From Rhynchobatus australiae (lineage: Eukaryota), in NCBI GenBank assembly GCA_034780895.1, contig JAUZTB010000027.1, positions 34,282,929-34,346,928 on the forward strand: a stretch of DNA of 64,000 bases. Reading direction: 5' to 3'. Every line of letters starts with the position of its first letter. The stretch's first letter is position 1. Shown one piece after another: positions 25,936 to 39,371 of this stretch. The notes under the pieces are model-generated. The model saw only the letters and a program-made list of their open reading frames with translations. It was not told where the DNA came from and ran no database searches. The translations under genes and the position numbers were made by a program.

Positions 25936-28719
25936 TTTATAGATTAGATCTGTTTTGGCTGTTTCTACATCTCTAATGGTGCTGCATACTTCCCATAGTT
26001 GTTTCAACATCCAAAAGCCTTTTGGGAATAGTGTAGCAGATTTGAGAGAAATGGTCCTCATTTCAAGGCTTATACATGGACCACTTGTTTCCCATAGATG
26101 ATGCATCAGCTGGCCTTCCAGTTGGAACAGGACAGGCTACAGAACTAAGCCCGTCAAAGTAGCCATGATATTTCCAGCATCTCCTGCATCAAAGGCCACT
26201 TATTTAAGGGAGATTGTTGAATATCTTCATTCAAAGAGAGTGAGTGGAGTAAGCACATCATTGCCTGGACTGGAGGCTTCCCCTGGTGAAGGGTGCTAAT
26301 GATCAAATTCACACTGCTATGCAGGTGCTAGTGAACTCTGTCTTTGTAGGAAAGAAGAGATTCCATTCCCTGCATGACCATGATTCACTATCTACAATCA
26401 TGACAGCTTCATTCTGTGGCAGCCTGTTTGTGAGCTATCTCAGCCAAAGAGTTGCTACAAGATAACAAGAGCTATCCACTGAATAGTGGCTCATAATTCT
26501 AGTTCACGTCTCACAGAGCCATGCAAGATGTAGTGATAGAAACTGTGCTTTCACATGAAGAAATGTTGCAGAATAGACCACTGGAGTGCTGAAACAACAG
26601 TTCCGTGGGGGTGGAATCATTGTGCAGTACTTAGCTGAAGCAGATGGAAGAGCAGCTCCTATTTGCCCAGGTCGTTCACGAAGAACTAATCTGATTGAGA
26701 TACCAGATTAAATTCCCCATTGACCAGCATTCCCACAATCCTTACCTCCTTGTCATTAGCCATCAGGTCACAAAGTAAAAGTAAAGCCACCACAAAGTAA
26801 ATATTTCCAAAAATAAAAATTAAAATCATAATCCCTACAATTACCTCCATACATTCCTTCAGCACATGCTTTTCATCTTCCTGTTTGAATGACCCCACAT
26901 TGTCCCACCCAGTGGCTGCAGCTGCCTGATTTCCAATGGAGAAAAGTACAAACTGGCTCTGTTTTTACATTTGGGGAAATAAAAGCTGGAAGAATGAACA
27001 GGGAGTGCTACTCTTTATCAAATGCAAACAAAGGATAAAACAGGACAGCAGTAATGGGAAGGGACTGACCTGAACAACTCAGGCTTGATTGGCAGAATGT
27101 ATTCTGTATTGATGCTTTAAAATCATACCTCAACACCCTGCTAGAATGATATAACAATGTGCTTGAAGACACAGCGTAGGGTGAGTGCATTCTCATCAGA
27201 CCAGATTTTGGTCTATTGCAAGCCTAACCCCGTCCCATCGTCTCTAATGAGTCAATCAGAGAAGGAACTGGAAAAGCAATAAACGATCAGTGTATGGGCC
27301 AGCACAATAGTGGCTCTGCCAAAAACAGACAGGAATCTGTGGTTGCATGGAAGTTACCAAATTAGATTAAATCATGAATAATACACACAAAGTATTGACA
27401 GATTTAAGCAGAGAGCTTGCAGGAAAACCATGACCTTGGTCTGTCAGCTACACTTGGAAGATCTAAAACCCAGTGCTCAAGTCCAAGAGCACAAATATTT
27501 GTCACTTTAATTAGTTTTGTATCAGTTTGTGGGTTTGCACTGGCTTTCTTTCAAAGAGAAAATTAGCATCCAAAATGAATTATTTTGTGACATTATATCT
27601 GTTGCAAGTACTTGCTAGGCTGTTAGACGAGCACTTATTTGCATTATTGTAATCTGGACAGAGCAAAAGTAGTCATAAAATGGGACCTCTTCCATGCCCA
27701 CAACAAATGAATTTGACAAAAGGTAGGCAGCAGTACCTGACCATCAATGCACACAGAGGACTATTCATACACAAGATTATCCAATGCAATTAATTCTTTG
27801 CTCAAGATTTTAATGATTGATAAAATCCTGAAAGGAATGAAACATAGTTTGTGTAACCAAGATGATCTGTTGATGCCATAAGAACAGAGGTAATGCTCTG
27901 GGGATAACATGAGCACAATGTGAAGTTAAAGTGAAACAAATGCAATATTTTTCCAATGAGCTAATGTACCTTTGTTTGAAGGTAAATGCCAGTGGTCTAC
28001 ATACATCATGGAAGAAGTAGAGGCCATTGCAGACGTATCATAGGTTAGAAATATAACAGAGCATTTACCATGCATTTCTTGCAACAGTGCTCACACTATT
28101 GCATCACTTTATGAAAAGGAACACGGAGCAAGGAGCAATAAATTATATATGCATGAAAAGCTTAGAAATGAGGTTTTCCTCGTTCGATAAAATTGTACAC
28201 ACAAGTTGAAGTTGGCATGGATTGATCAAGTTATGGTGAAGACACAGTGATGCTGCAAGAATATAGAACCAGTTTATGTACTCTCACAAAAGAGCAGTAT
28301 AACAATTCATAAACTGAGATGATACCAAACACTATTCGAAGTGCTTCCAAGAAATTCTATCAGTTTTTAACCAAGATAATAATTTACCCTGGTAAGCCAG
28401 TACAATAGATATTGGGTTCTCTANNNNNNNNNNNNNNNNNNNNNNNNNNNNNNNNNNNNNNNNNNNNNNNNNNNNNNNNNNNNNNNNNNNNNNNNNNNNN
28501 NNNNNNNNNNNNNNNNNNNNNNNAAGCCAGTACAATAGATATTGGGTTCTCTATCAACAGTACCCAGTAAACTATCTTTGTTTATTTATTCATTTTTCTT
28601 GGTGTCGCTAGAAAGGCCAGTAATTTCCAATTGTATAATAAATTTTCCAGTGAACTCAGGGAGCAGCAAATATATAAACACTTAGGACCCTGGTTCTGGC
28701 TGCAAACCTACCTGTGTTT

Positions 28720-28868
28720 CTGATCCCTGATGTTCTGGACCCCAAACCCTGCTCCAGCCACATACTCATCCCCCACGCGGCTCGCATCCCGGACCAAGAA
28801 CTGAGCCAGATGCCGGACCATCGGGATTTCTGAACAATCATTTACCGGGTTATTGGTGTTTTACTGTA
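28720..28868. mobile_element. Tc1/mariner (pogo/Tigger-like) MITE, one terminus
   Basis: CpG-rich patch ending ccgggttattggtgttttactg|ta, which is the reverse complement of TA|CAGTAAAACACCAATAACCCGG. It has an internal sub-terminal repeat ccggaccatcgggattt. Confidence 0.55.
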
Positions 28869-29524
28869 TTTGGTGGTTTAAAGATTATCCAGGTTACAAA
28901 TAATACAATTAACTGTTTGTCCAAGAACCCAGAAAGTACTTACAATTAAGAAAATGTCACAAAATTGATTATTTTCTCCTTGAATAAGCCAGTAGAAACC
29001 TTCAAACTGACACAAAACTAAATGGTGACAAAATATTTTTGCACTTGGACTTAAGAATCTGAGTATTTATTAAATCTGCCAGAACCAAGATTAACTGGTG
29101 CAAAGTTAACTGGTGCAAGATTGACTGCCATTTTTCATTTGTTTTTTTTAAAAAAGAGATGCTTATTTATAAATAGGTTATGACTCCGTGAATGCTGGCC
29201 ACTGTGGGAAAGCTTTGAGAGTACCAGCAGTTTATGCAAATGTGATGGTCATTTGTAGCAAGCTGTAACCCATCTTCATTTATCTCCCATACAATCACCC
29301 TTTCTATAAAGCTCGTTAGATGGTGATCACAAGCAGCAATGCTGGTAAAGGCTAGTTGAGATCAACTCAGGTTTGGCAGAGATCAAGGACCTAATCTGAG
29401 AATCTCACATCAAGCCAGGAGAGAAGCCTGGTTTTGGATTAAGTCTCGATGAATGGGAGAACCAAAAATAATTTACATATTGTATTGTTTCATAGACAGC
29501 AATATTGCAAATGGGAGGAGGTAT

Positions 29525-29740
29525 TGCCTGGGGATAAATATTGTTTGGAGAAATAGAGGGAACTCATTTGCTCTTATTTAAAATACTGATACGAGATATT
29601 CCAGATTCAATTAGGATGATAGGTAGGATTATATTTAATATATCTTTTCTGAAAGATGGCTCCTCTGACACTCCATCAGTATTGTATTTATGTTTTAAAT
29701 CAGATAATCTCAAGTACCTGGGAAGAGACTTGATCCCATG
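29525..29740 (-). mobile_element. SacSINE1/DeuSINE-like SINE, degraded
   Basis: gggataaatattg...gggaactc..tgctctt...ctgaaagatggctcctctgaca...gagacttgatccca is collinear with the copy at 12843-13217. Confidence 0.65.
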
Positions 29741-29744
29741 GGAG

Positions 29745-29815
29745 GAAATAAGAACAGAAATGCTCACCAAACCGAGCAGCATCTGTGGAGAGAGAAACAA
29801 AGCTAATGTTTCAGG
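29745..29815 (-). mobile_element. Penelope-like element terminal remnant
   Basis: aacagaaatgctc...gcagcatctgtggagagagaaacaaagctaatgtttcagg is the reverse complement of the motif at 16015 and 25835. Confidence 0.6.
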
Positions 29816-32745
29816 GGAAAAAAATGAAGTTTTCCTGATACATGGGAGAAGTTGTGGGTTATTACAAGGTTATGGTTCTGGATGACACAATATACCTCTT
29901 TTCTTTGTTCAATCAGATTTTACATCTGTTGGTGAGATATTTAAAACACCAGGCAGAAGGCCAAGCAGCTGATGTAACAATCAAATCTCCACTTAGAAGT
30001 TATAATTACACTGAGGCAATTTGTTCATTTTATATCACATCTGTATAATTTGCATTTTCCAATTAATCTTATATAAATTGTATATCAAGGATATTGACTA
30101 ATTGTTAATATTAATAGCACATTATTGATAAAGAATAATATTGCTGCTTTAGCTATGTATACTGTTGCTTTATCATGTGATACTTTGTTCTGAGGCTAAC
30201 AGTCAAGGCTGGTTGGATTTAAATAAACTCCCCCTTTTAATGTGTAACACAGAGTGGCACTGTTTAATGTTTGCATATTTAACTCACTGAGCAATTAAAC
30301 CAGTGTAAGCTAAATAAAGCCCAAACCACATGAAGAAAGCCCACATTGCAGGCTTTGTAAAGACAGGCACAGAGACAACACAAGCTCAGTCCAAATGATC
30401 AGATTACTTCAAATAACATTTAACACTCATGTAACACATGGTCCTCAAACCTATTTTATTAAAAGTCTTACGGGTGTTTTTTCAGTTTTGGCATAAATAC
30501 AGTGATACTGAATTACACCATATGCTGACTTGGCTCACTTGATTTTTTGAAAAAATAGCAAAGCATGGGCAACCTTCCCGTTGCTAGGACCACTCTCACT
30601 GTTTGGGCATTAACATGCTATCTGGAGCCAAGCGGGGAAATATCTTGGTCTGTAACACAACTATCCTCTCCGGGTGCCATGGGAGAGACAGAATAGCCGG
30701 TCATTCATTGGAATCTATGTACTACAAACCAGTGTAGGTCAGGAAGCAAGCTACCATGCCTCCAACCTACCAAGTCTGCTGCAGTGGGTGGACTCGTTGA
30801 TTTCCATCATCAGACATGCCATACCGGAACCACTTCAAATACAGAAGTCACTCATTTCCACCACCACCACCTCCCCAGGTAGAATGACGAGTAATTGGTC
30901 AATAGACACCAAGCAAACATCAGTCAAGGTCCTCATGACAAGGGTAGCAGGTAATGAAACTTCAGCTTTAGGTGACTGCAGCCTGAAGCAGCACCATGTT
31001 CATGGAGTGTGGTTCATTGACTGGGGCAACAGTTTCAATTTGCCTCTCTCCAAAATTAAAAATTAAAACATTGGCCATGTCATATGCCTTACAAAACTGG
31101 CACAAAACCAGCAATGGAAATTCATGACTGATATTAATTGCATTGAGTTGCATAAAATTGGGAATCAATGCTCACATTTACGAGAATCATGACTAGGAAA
31201 AATGCAGAGGTTAAAAAACGGTGTTCATCCATTACACTTAGCTCCAAGTATAGATGAAGAATAAATATTGGGTCATCAATTAAATATTGAATTTCTTTTA
31301 GTGTCTTTGGTGGTAGTCCATAAAGTATTAGTTACAATTATTTAATACACCAGGAGTTTCCGAACACATGTACATCTTTCACTTTTACTTATATCACACA
31401 TATGATGTCATTACATCAGATGCAAGGAACTTACTGCAAACAAATCGCCACTCTGCTTTCCCTCATTAGATGAGGGAGCTTCTCATGAATGGAACAGTTA
31501 TCAGTTATCCATTGGCTGGCTTTCTCTTGACTATGTTTATATCCTTGGCTAAGTCATTTCTTGATCTGATGAATGTGTGACATCCTGACATATCTCAATG
31601 TCGACTTGTGCCTCCTCTTTAGTTCATTCTATCTTATTCCTGGAATAAATAGTCATATTTCTTCAATATAATTGAAAGGCCTCTCCCTGCAATCATTTGG
31701 CATTGTGGACACCAATGTTTCCTTTAAAATGAGTATGATATTGTTTAGTAGACTTGTATTGCCTCACCCATATCCCACTTTTGCACATATTTATTCATTG
31801 ATCTTAGTACTTTTACTTTATCACTTTTTTTTATATGAACCATTTCCATTTGCCTCTTCTCATTAGGATGTTAATCATAATTTTGCTTTACTGTCAGTTG
31901 CTGGCTCTTCAGTCTCCTAGCTGGGCTGAAGAAAGTTCAAGTGCGTTTGAAGTCTGCTACACAGCTGTGTTGGGGTGAATCTGGCTTTGTGTGATATTAG
32001 ATAATAAGTCAGCTAAATAATGAATTTAAGCACTCTTGGAAAACTTCAAGGCTTCCTTAAGAATTTGCATATACTTTTCAGTTGCACCATTAGGGACTGA
32101 ATGTGGCGGGAATTAATGAATACTTGATGCCATTTTATTGCATGAAGGCACCAAAAAGAGGTATAATGTTCAATGAAGAGATCTGTTTCATGACAGTAGC
32201 TCTTCATGTACACCATGGATTGCAAAAAATCTCAGCTCCTCAGTGGCACATCCTGCTGTTGTCACAATCCTGCACTCAACTTCAATCCACTAACATTGAT
32301 AAGAACTAAAAGGTTGATTTTGCCTTTCTGATAAGACAAAAATGACACGCAATCACTGAAGTGGCTGCATTGCCTACCTCCATGTCTGTAGGTTTATGTT
32401 TGTAGTTATCTTCTGGACTTTTGATCTGGTGACACTAAAAGTTCTTGATCTTTGTCAATCCAGGCCAATTTACAAAGCTTCTCGCAATAGCTTTAATATT
32501 GCCAGTGCTGGTATGTTTTGAATGAAATTAATGGAAGTTTCATTTTCTGAGGACATTAGGGATGGCTATTCTACGTCCCCATATTAAGTGGCCTTGATCA
32601 AAGGTCAATTCAATTCTTCTGTTATAAAGTGGTTACAATGCACTCAGACTCTAACCAAAACTAATATAATCTTTGAGAGTGTGCTCACAGACTCATTTCA
32701 GAAGCACATCTTTGTGTTACCTCAGCATTTTTTGTAGCTGTTTCT

Positions 32746-33445
32746 GTAAATGGCAGGAACTTTAGGAGTGCTGATGTACAGAGAGACCTTGGGGTACAAG
32801 TCCATAGCTCCCTGAAAGTGGCAACACAGGTGTATAGAGTGATATAAAAAACAATTGGTATGCTTGCCTTCCTAGGCTGAGACATTGAGTAAAAGAGTTG
32901 GGATGTCATGTTGCAGTTGAACAAAATATTGGTTGGACTGCACTTCAGAGTATTTTGTACAATTCTGGCCATCACACTACAGGTAGGTTGTGGTAACAAT
33001 AGAGAGAATGCAGAAGAGATTCACCAGGATGTTGCCTAGAATGGAGGCCTGTAATTACAAGGAGAGATAGGAAAACCTGGGTTTATTTTCACTGGAATGT
33101 AGGAGGCTGAGGGGCTTACAAAACTATGAGGGGCATTCATAGGATAGGTAGTCAGAATTGTTTTTCTTAGGGTAAGATTGTTTAGAACGAGAGGGCACAG
33201 GTTCAAGGTGAGAAGGGAGAAATTTAAAAGGAGATCCAAGGAATATGTTTTTCCACACAGAAAGTGGTAAATATTTGTAACATGTCAGAGAAGACAGTGG
33301 ATGCAGATTTAAAGGGCATTTGGAGAGATACTTGGATAGGAAAGTAGAAGGATACTGGCCTAAACCAGGCAAATGGGATTAGCATAGATAGGCCTCACAG
33401 TTAGCATGGATGAGGTTGGCCCATTTCTGTGCTGTACAATTCAGT
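32746..33445 (+). mobile_element. CR1 LINE 3' fragment
   Basis: Reads VNGRNFRSADVQRDLGVQVHSSLKVATQV...GMLAF..., LHFRVF/YCVQFW-like, QKRFTRMLP, TRGHRFKVR, then the tail agcatggatgaggttggcccatttctgtgctgtacaattc. Confidence 0.93.
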
Positions 33446-36400
33446 GATTTTTTTTGGATGTCATCATCCACTAGTTGCAAGCAGCATGTTCTCACCATCG
33501 AGGTCAAATCTTCATGATACTCTGGACAAAATTATTTGTATGAATGATCGATTTCTAGTTTTTTTTAGCCATTCCTTAAACAGCAAAGTCCATCAATNNN
33601 NNNNNNNNNNNNNNNNNNNNNNNNNNNNNNNNNNNNNNNNNNNNNNNNNNNNNNNNNNNNNNNNNNNNNNNNNNNNNNNNNNNNNNNNNNNNNNNNNNNN
33701 NNNNNNNNNNNNNNNNNNNNNNNNNNNNNNNNNNNNNNNNNNNNNNNNNNNNNNNNNNNNNNNNNNNNNNNNNNNNNNNNNNNNNNNNNNNNNNNNNNNN
33801 NNNNNNNNNNNNNNNNNNNNNNNNNNNNNNNNNNNNNNNNNGTAATGCAGGAGAATTCTATACCATATATTTCAGCTTCTATGTTATGCAGATTTCCTTT
33901 GTCTTTTCCCTGATGTACAAATTGCCATTTTGTGCAGGGAATGCATTGCTCACTTTTTTCTGCTTACTTGCTCTGAGTTTGGATTTACATGCTGTTACCA
34001 TATCTTCCTTCGGAGTCAACAGTTAGCCCCCTGATAGGAACAGACTTGCAGTGAATTTCTGCCTCTGCATCAGCAAGAATTTGCATCAATGCATGCAAGC
34101 GGTGCTGACCTTGTTTCAACAATGGAGCTTTTGCTTCTAGCTTCTCACTATAAACTACTGTCATATCTGTGCTTGGTGATGGATGAAATTCCTTGGAATT
34201 TTTCATTGCCATTTCCACTTAAGTTGCAATTTTGCAAGCCAGGTCAAATGCAAGACACTGCATACTTAGCAATTTGGACTGAATCCATTCATCTTTTAAG
34301 CCTTAATAAATCCTTTACTGCAACAATATGGTTGCAGACTGTTTTTCCCATTCTTTGATCCCCTGTGGCAAACTTGTAACTCTGTTAGTTCAAATGGTTG
34401 TGGATTGAAATAATCCTCCAATTCATGCACCACTTCTATGGATGGAACATCACTGGCTTTCTGTAGGGCCAGCAGTTTATTAAGGTATCAGATGCAAGGT
34501 GTGCTAACACTATTCCAGCTGGATTTGGTACTTGCTCATTTGTGACATGATTACCTAATGAGATTTTTAGCTGTACATAACATTTAAATTCTCTGCATAA
34601 ACACNNNNNNNNNNNNNNNNNNNNNNNNNNNNNNNNNNNNNNNNNNNNNNNNNNNNNNNNNNNNNNNNNNNNNNNNNNNNNNNNNNNNNNNNNNNNNNNN
34701 NNNNNNNNNNNNNNNNNNNNNNNNNNNNNNNNNNNNNNNNNNNNNNNNNNNNNNNNNNNNNNNNNNNNNNNNNNNNNNNNNNNNNNNNNNNNNNNNNNNN
34801 NNNNNNNNNNNNNNNNNNNNNNNNNNNNNNNNNNNNNNNNNNNNNNNNCCCAGGAAAACTGCAATCTGCTCTGTTGTCTCTTCCCCAACCATAGAATTAA
34901 GGTCCTGCAGTCAATACCATTGATACATTGGTCATTGCAGATCAAAGAGATTTTATCTCCTAAAGCTGATTTACTTCAATTGCATAGACAATCCTCATCA
35001 CCAGTTGTAGTGTATTTGGGAAGCAGTGGTGAATCAGTCTTGTAAGACTAATAGGTACTATCACCAGGAGACACCCGGAACTACATAATGTGTATACAAT
35101 CTACGTCAGGCGAACAACTTCCATGTGTGCTTATGTCACAAGGTCACATGACTCATCTACAAATATACCACATACAAGAATGATTCATTAATTTTGTACC
35201 AACATAAAAGAGAGTTCTAATTAAGCAGTGTTAATCACAGTTATTGTTGGAATCAACTTGTGAGCTCATCACTGGAGAGAGTTATGATCGAATTGAGGGG
35301 CACAAAAGGAAGATACCAAACATTGTGAACAGTACTACGAACAATTCATTTCATTTTCTACCAGTTGTCCATTCCAGAAATTTGATGAGGCAGTAGTAAC
35401 CCCAATGCAATTCCATGACATGAGAGCATGAGATAGCAACATTCCTTTTGTAGCATTATGGGAAACTGTTATTGGATCATGCTATTCTGTCAGCGACAAT
35501 CTTCCAACACTCCTGGAGCAAATCGCTCCAGTCCCCACTCTCTGCTCCTGCTGATTGGGATACTCTGATCTCTTGAAGTTGCTAGGCCCAGGCCCAATCC
35601 TTGATTCAGTGAACTTCCAGTGGCCTGATTTCTAAAACCATCTCTGCTCCCCACGCCCCCCTCTCATTCCCACCACTGACCCTTGACCACCATTAAACCC
35701 ATCCTCTTCCCCTATCATCAGTCAGTCTCTCTTTACTTATCCATGACTCAAGGTGCAGGTCAAAACCCTCTTTCCAGCCTTTCCCCTCCCCTGGCCACAG
35801 CACAAATCCAAACCCCTGCCCTCCTCCCCCTGGGCAAAGCAGATCTTCTGCTTGAGCTTGTAGCCAACTCAAGCCTGACTCCTGAGTGGCTCATTTTCAA
35901 TTTTAAAAATATGCCCACTAATGATTAAGTGTTGCACAACTGAAGTTTATAGTAGGGAGGTCAATGTTGGAACAGTGTTTGAAAGCCTACTACAATACAC
36001 CTAACCAGCATACCCTTTCAGGGAGAGGGGAGATGGCAGGATTTCATTCCCATTTTGTGGTAGACAGAGGTCAAGTTTGTCCCATAGAACCCTCCATTCA
36101 CAGTGAACCATAATCAGGCTTTACTCATCTGCTATGGGTTGTGGTTAAAAATCATAGCAATTGCAGCAAGAATAACAGCACAGAAGGTCATGCAGTCAAA
36201 GATGATGGAAACATGGATGAAGTCAAAAATAGAAAGCATCAGAAAATGAATTATAGATAGAGAAATATCCAGGCAGGAGGAATTACAGAAGGAATAAAGA
36301 ACAGGAAGGGAAAGATGGATGAATGAAGTCAAATGGAAAGGTGCAGGAAGCATTAAAGAGTGGGAGGAAAATATCACAAAGAGAAAATTTTATTAAAAAC

Positions 36401-39341
36401 TTTTTATTGACAAATGGCATTGGAGAACAATTAATAATATTAAAATCCTGATTAAACTCTGGTTCCCAAGGCACTCTGTAATGACAGGTAAATGAAGTCA
36501 CAGTAAAATGCNNNNNNNNNNNNNNNNNNNNNNNNNNNNNGTATTTTCATACAGTAGAAGTTAAATATGAAATCATGTCATTAAGTTCTGCACAATACAG
36601 TGGTCACATTGAAATGATACGTGTTCAACTGCAAGGATTTGAGATACTAATGTTATCCTAGACTAATCCAGCTTTATGTTGCTCCAGAAAAACTATTTTG
36701 TGAAAATGATGCAAATGTGTTTCTGGTTAGGATACACGCATAATTGTGTGATATTTCCCCCCACCCCACCCCCCCAAACACACGAAACTTTGTAGACACA
36801 AGCTCTAAACAGGGCAGAGGTTATTAGAAGCAGTGTGAGTGTAATATGGATTATGTTTAAAAGTAATAAAAACGAGACCAGTTGGTTACGTGAAATATTT
36901 GTCGGTGGATTCCTGAGTGTAACTTTCTTTCATGTGCAAACTGTATTAAATGAGGCATTTAATTCAACAAATCCAGAGATCTGATCCACCAGAAATAGAG
37001 ACTGGGTTAGTTCAATTTGTAACAAACGATCTCCAGATGATCAAAGTTCTAAGAGATGGTTCCAACATACTGCTTAAATTAGTCTAACACCGCCGTGTTT
37101 GGCAGTGGTACAATATTTGGAATGTCTTACCAGAAGAAAAATTCCTTAGCACACATGGTTCCAATATCTGGGAATACCAGGCTAACTTTTTAATGGTCTG
37201 ACAGGGCATATTGGCGCTAACTTTCTTGACTGCGAGTTCTTGTGCTGTCACCCACAAACCAGGTTGAGAATTTCTCTCTTTTAAAAACACACTTGAATAA
37301 GGGGATTGTGTGCAAAATACTTAGTGTCAAGTGGCTTCTCTGCCATAAATGCAAGTAATTATTATGAAAGATCTGTTCATACTTCTCTATGAACAGATTC
37401 AAGGAGAGTGCACAATACTTTGAGAATCAGATGCACAATATGTTTGTAGGATGCATGCCATTGTGCCATCACTACTTCAAGATTGGTTTAGTAGTTTAAA
37501 CACTAATTCATTCAGCTGTAAACTAGTCATGTGAAAGACTATGATTAGGTACTACAGAGTACATAATAAATTTCACATGGAGACCAAATTCTTGATTAAA
37601 ATATTTCTAAATGAGCTATAATGTGATATGTATAATCAATCTGATTGTTGCTGGTCTTGTATTACGCTGGTATCAAAAGTGTTAAAACTGAGAATTTGCT
37701 TTGAAATAGATGGAAATTCTTGATGCCAAGTGATGTGATCAACTTGCAGAAGTCTGTAGCATACTTCTAGGCTCCAAATAACTTCAGATACTTGTCATCA
37801 CCAAGAGGCATTGCTAAACCCAAGATAGCTTAGAGGTAGATCCTTGTTATTACAAAAGATTTCATATTATCATTTTCTATGAATGTTTAATAATTCATAG
37901 TTCTAGTCTAAATTTCCCTTTCCCCAGATTTAGCGATTTCAAAAGGTTTTCTTGTCCTTAGTGTTCTTGAAGTGTGATTAAATTACTTCAGGATGCTTAA
38001 GGCTGGTATCTTGAACCACCATCAGATAACAGACTGAAACATCCTGAAGTAATCAAGCTGAAACAACACTACAGATAAGAAAGATACTGAAATCATGGAG
38101 AATAATCCTGTAGAAAGAAACTTTATTATACAGTTATTCATATATAATACATACACATGTATATCAGGCTTGGAAAATTCCACTTGCCAACTGCCCAGAG
38201 GCACATTACTTCTAAGCTTTGGCAATCTTAAAGTAAAATCAACTCACTAGCTTACAGCTCCATCTCCAGCCCTTTATGATTTCTTTCTCAACATTCTTGT
38301 TTCAGTTGGTGATCTGAAACAATTTGCTGAAACACATTTATCCTACTGATTAATTCTGCATTAATATCAATATTGCTTTATATACTATTCATGATTAGTT
38401 TCCTTTGATGAATGTTGAGAGAAATTTAGAGGGTGAAAAGTTAATTTAGGACTTTCAAAGAAATATGATATTTATCACCCTTTAAGTAATACTTGAAATA
38501 TTTTCCAAGCACCCACATATAGACTAATAGCTTCTAGAGTATATTGATGTACTAGCAGCCTCCAGACACTTTTGTCAGGTACATCAAATTTGAAGTCATG
38601 ATGTTACATGCAAGCTCCCAAATCATTGGTCATTATGTTGTGGAATATCCACCACTGGAAACAAGGACATGAAGAGAAAAGGCTTTGAGTCTAGTGACTG
38701 AGGAATCCATTGGTTGAGCACTTAGTCTTTGCAGTCTTAAATGCTTGATATCAGCACAATACACACTTGAGGTGGAGGTGACAGGGCAATAATTTGCATA
38801 TTCTCCCAGGAGAAACCACAGCTTGTGGAAGTAAGATAGAAATGGTTCTGTACGGGAAAAGGCATATTAAACCAGCAATGCATGGTAGACCAGCACACAG
38901 GTCTAATGCAGTAATGTTCTATTGCACACAAGGTCCAATGCATCAACTGCAACAGGACCAGCTTTGCACAGTGAGATAATGGAGGAACTTAGGTACGTGG
39001 TGGATTATGTCGAGCAGGTGGAAGATCCTGGGCTGGATAGGGCAGGCCAAAGCTTTAGTGAGGAGGGGATTTGGACCTTGAGGATCAAAGGACAAAGTGT
39101 GGTCTGGCTTGTGACTGGCCACAGAGCAATGGAGCGGGGAGGAAAAGTTAGGGACATCCAGCAGAGGGGTCCTGAAGGAGAACCCACAATAAGAGGAGGG
39201 CATGGGCTTAGAGTTGGAGCAAGCAGAAAAGAAAAAAACTTAGAAGGTCTACCTCTGGGATCTGGTCAGGCTTTAAGTTGCGGTGAAGTAGGCATCTCCT
39301 GTCTCATGAAGGCTTGCTTTTGCATGATGTCCACAAGAACC

Positions 39342-39371
39342 ACCCCTTGCCCCCGCCCCCTCCCCCTCCCC
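39342..39371 (-). other. G-quadruplex-capable tract (minus strand)
   Basis: Plus strand ccccttgccccccgcccctccccctcccc contains at least 4 C-runs with short loops. Confidence 0.5.

Noticed and set aside
29091-29118. ttaactggtgcaa repeated twice
   Set aside because: A trivial local tandem duplication, not an array or CRISPR.
36098-36110. tcacagtgaacc matching the miR-128 5' end
   Set aside because: Only 12 nt match; the 3' half differs and no hairpin partner is present.
37128-37280. Minus-strand open frame ending at CTG|gtaaga
   Set aside because: Weak acceptor and unrecognisable peptide; indistinguishable from background.
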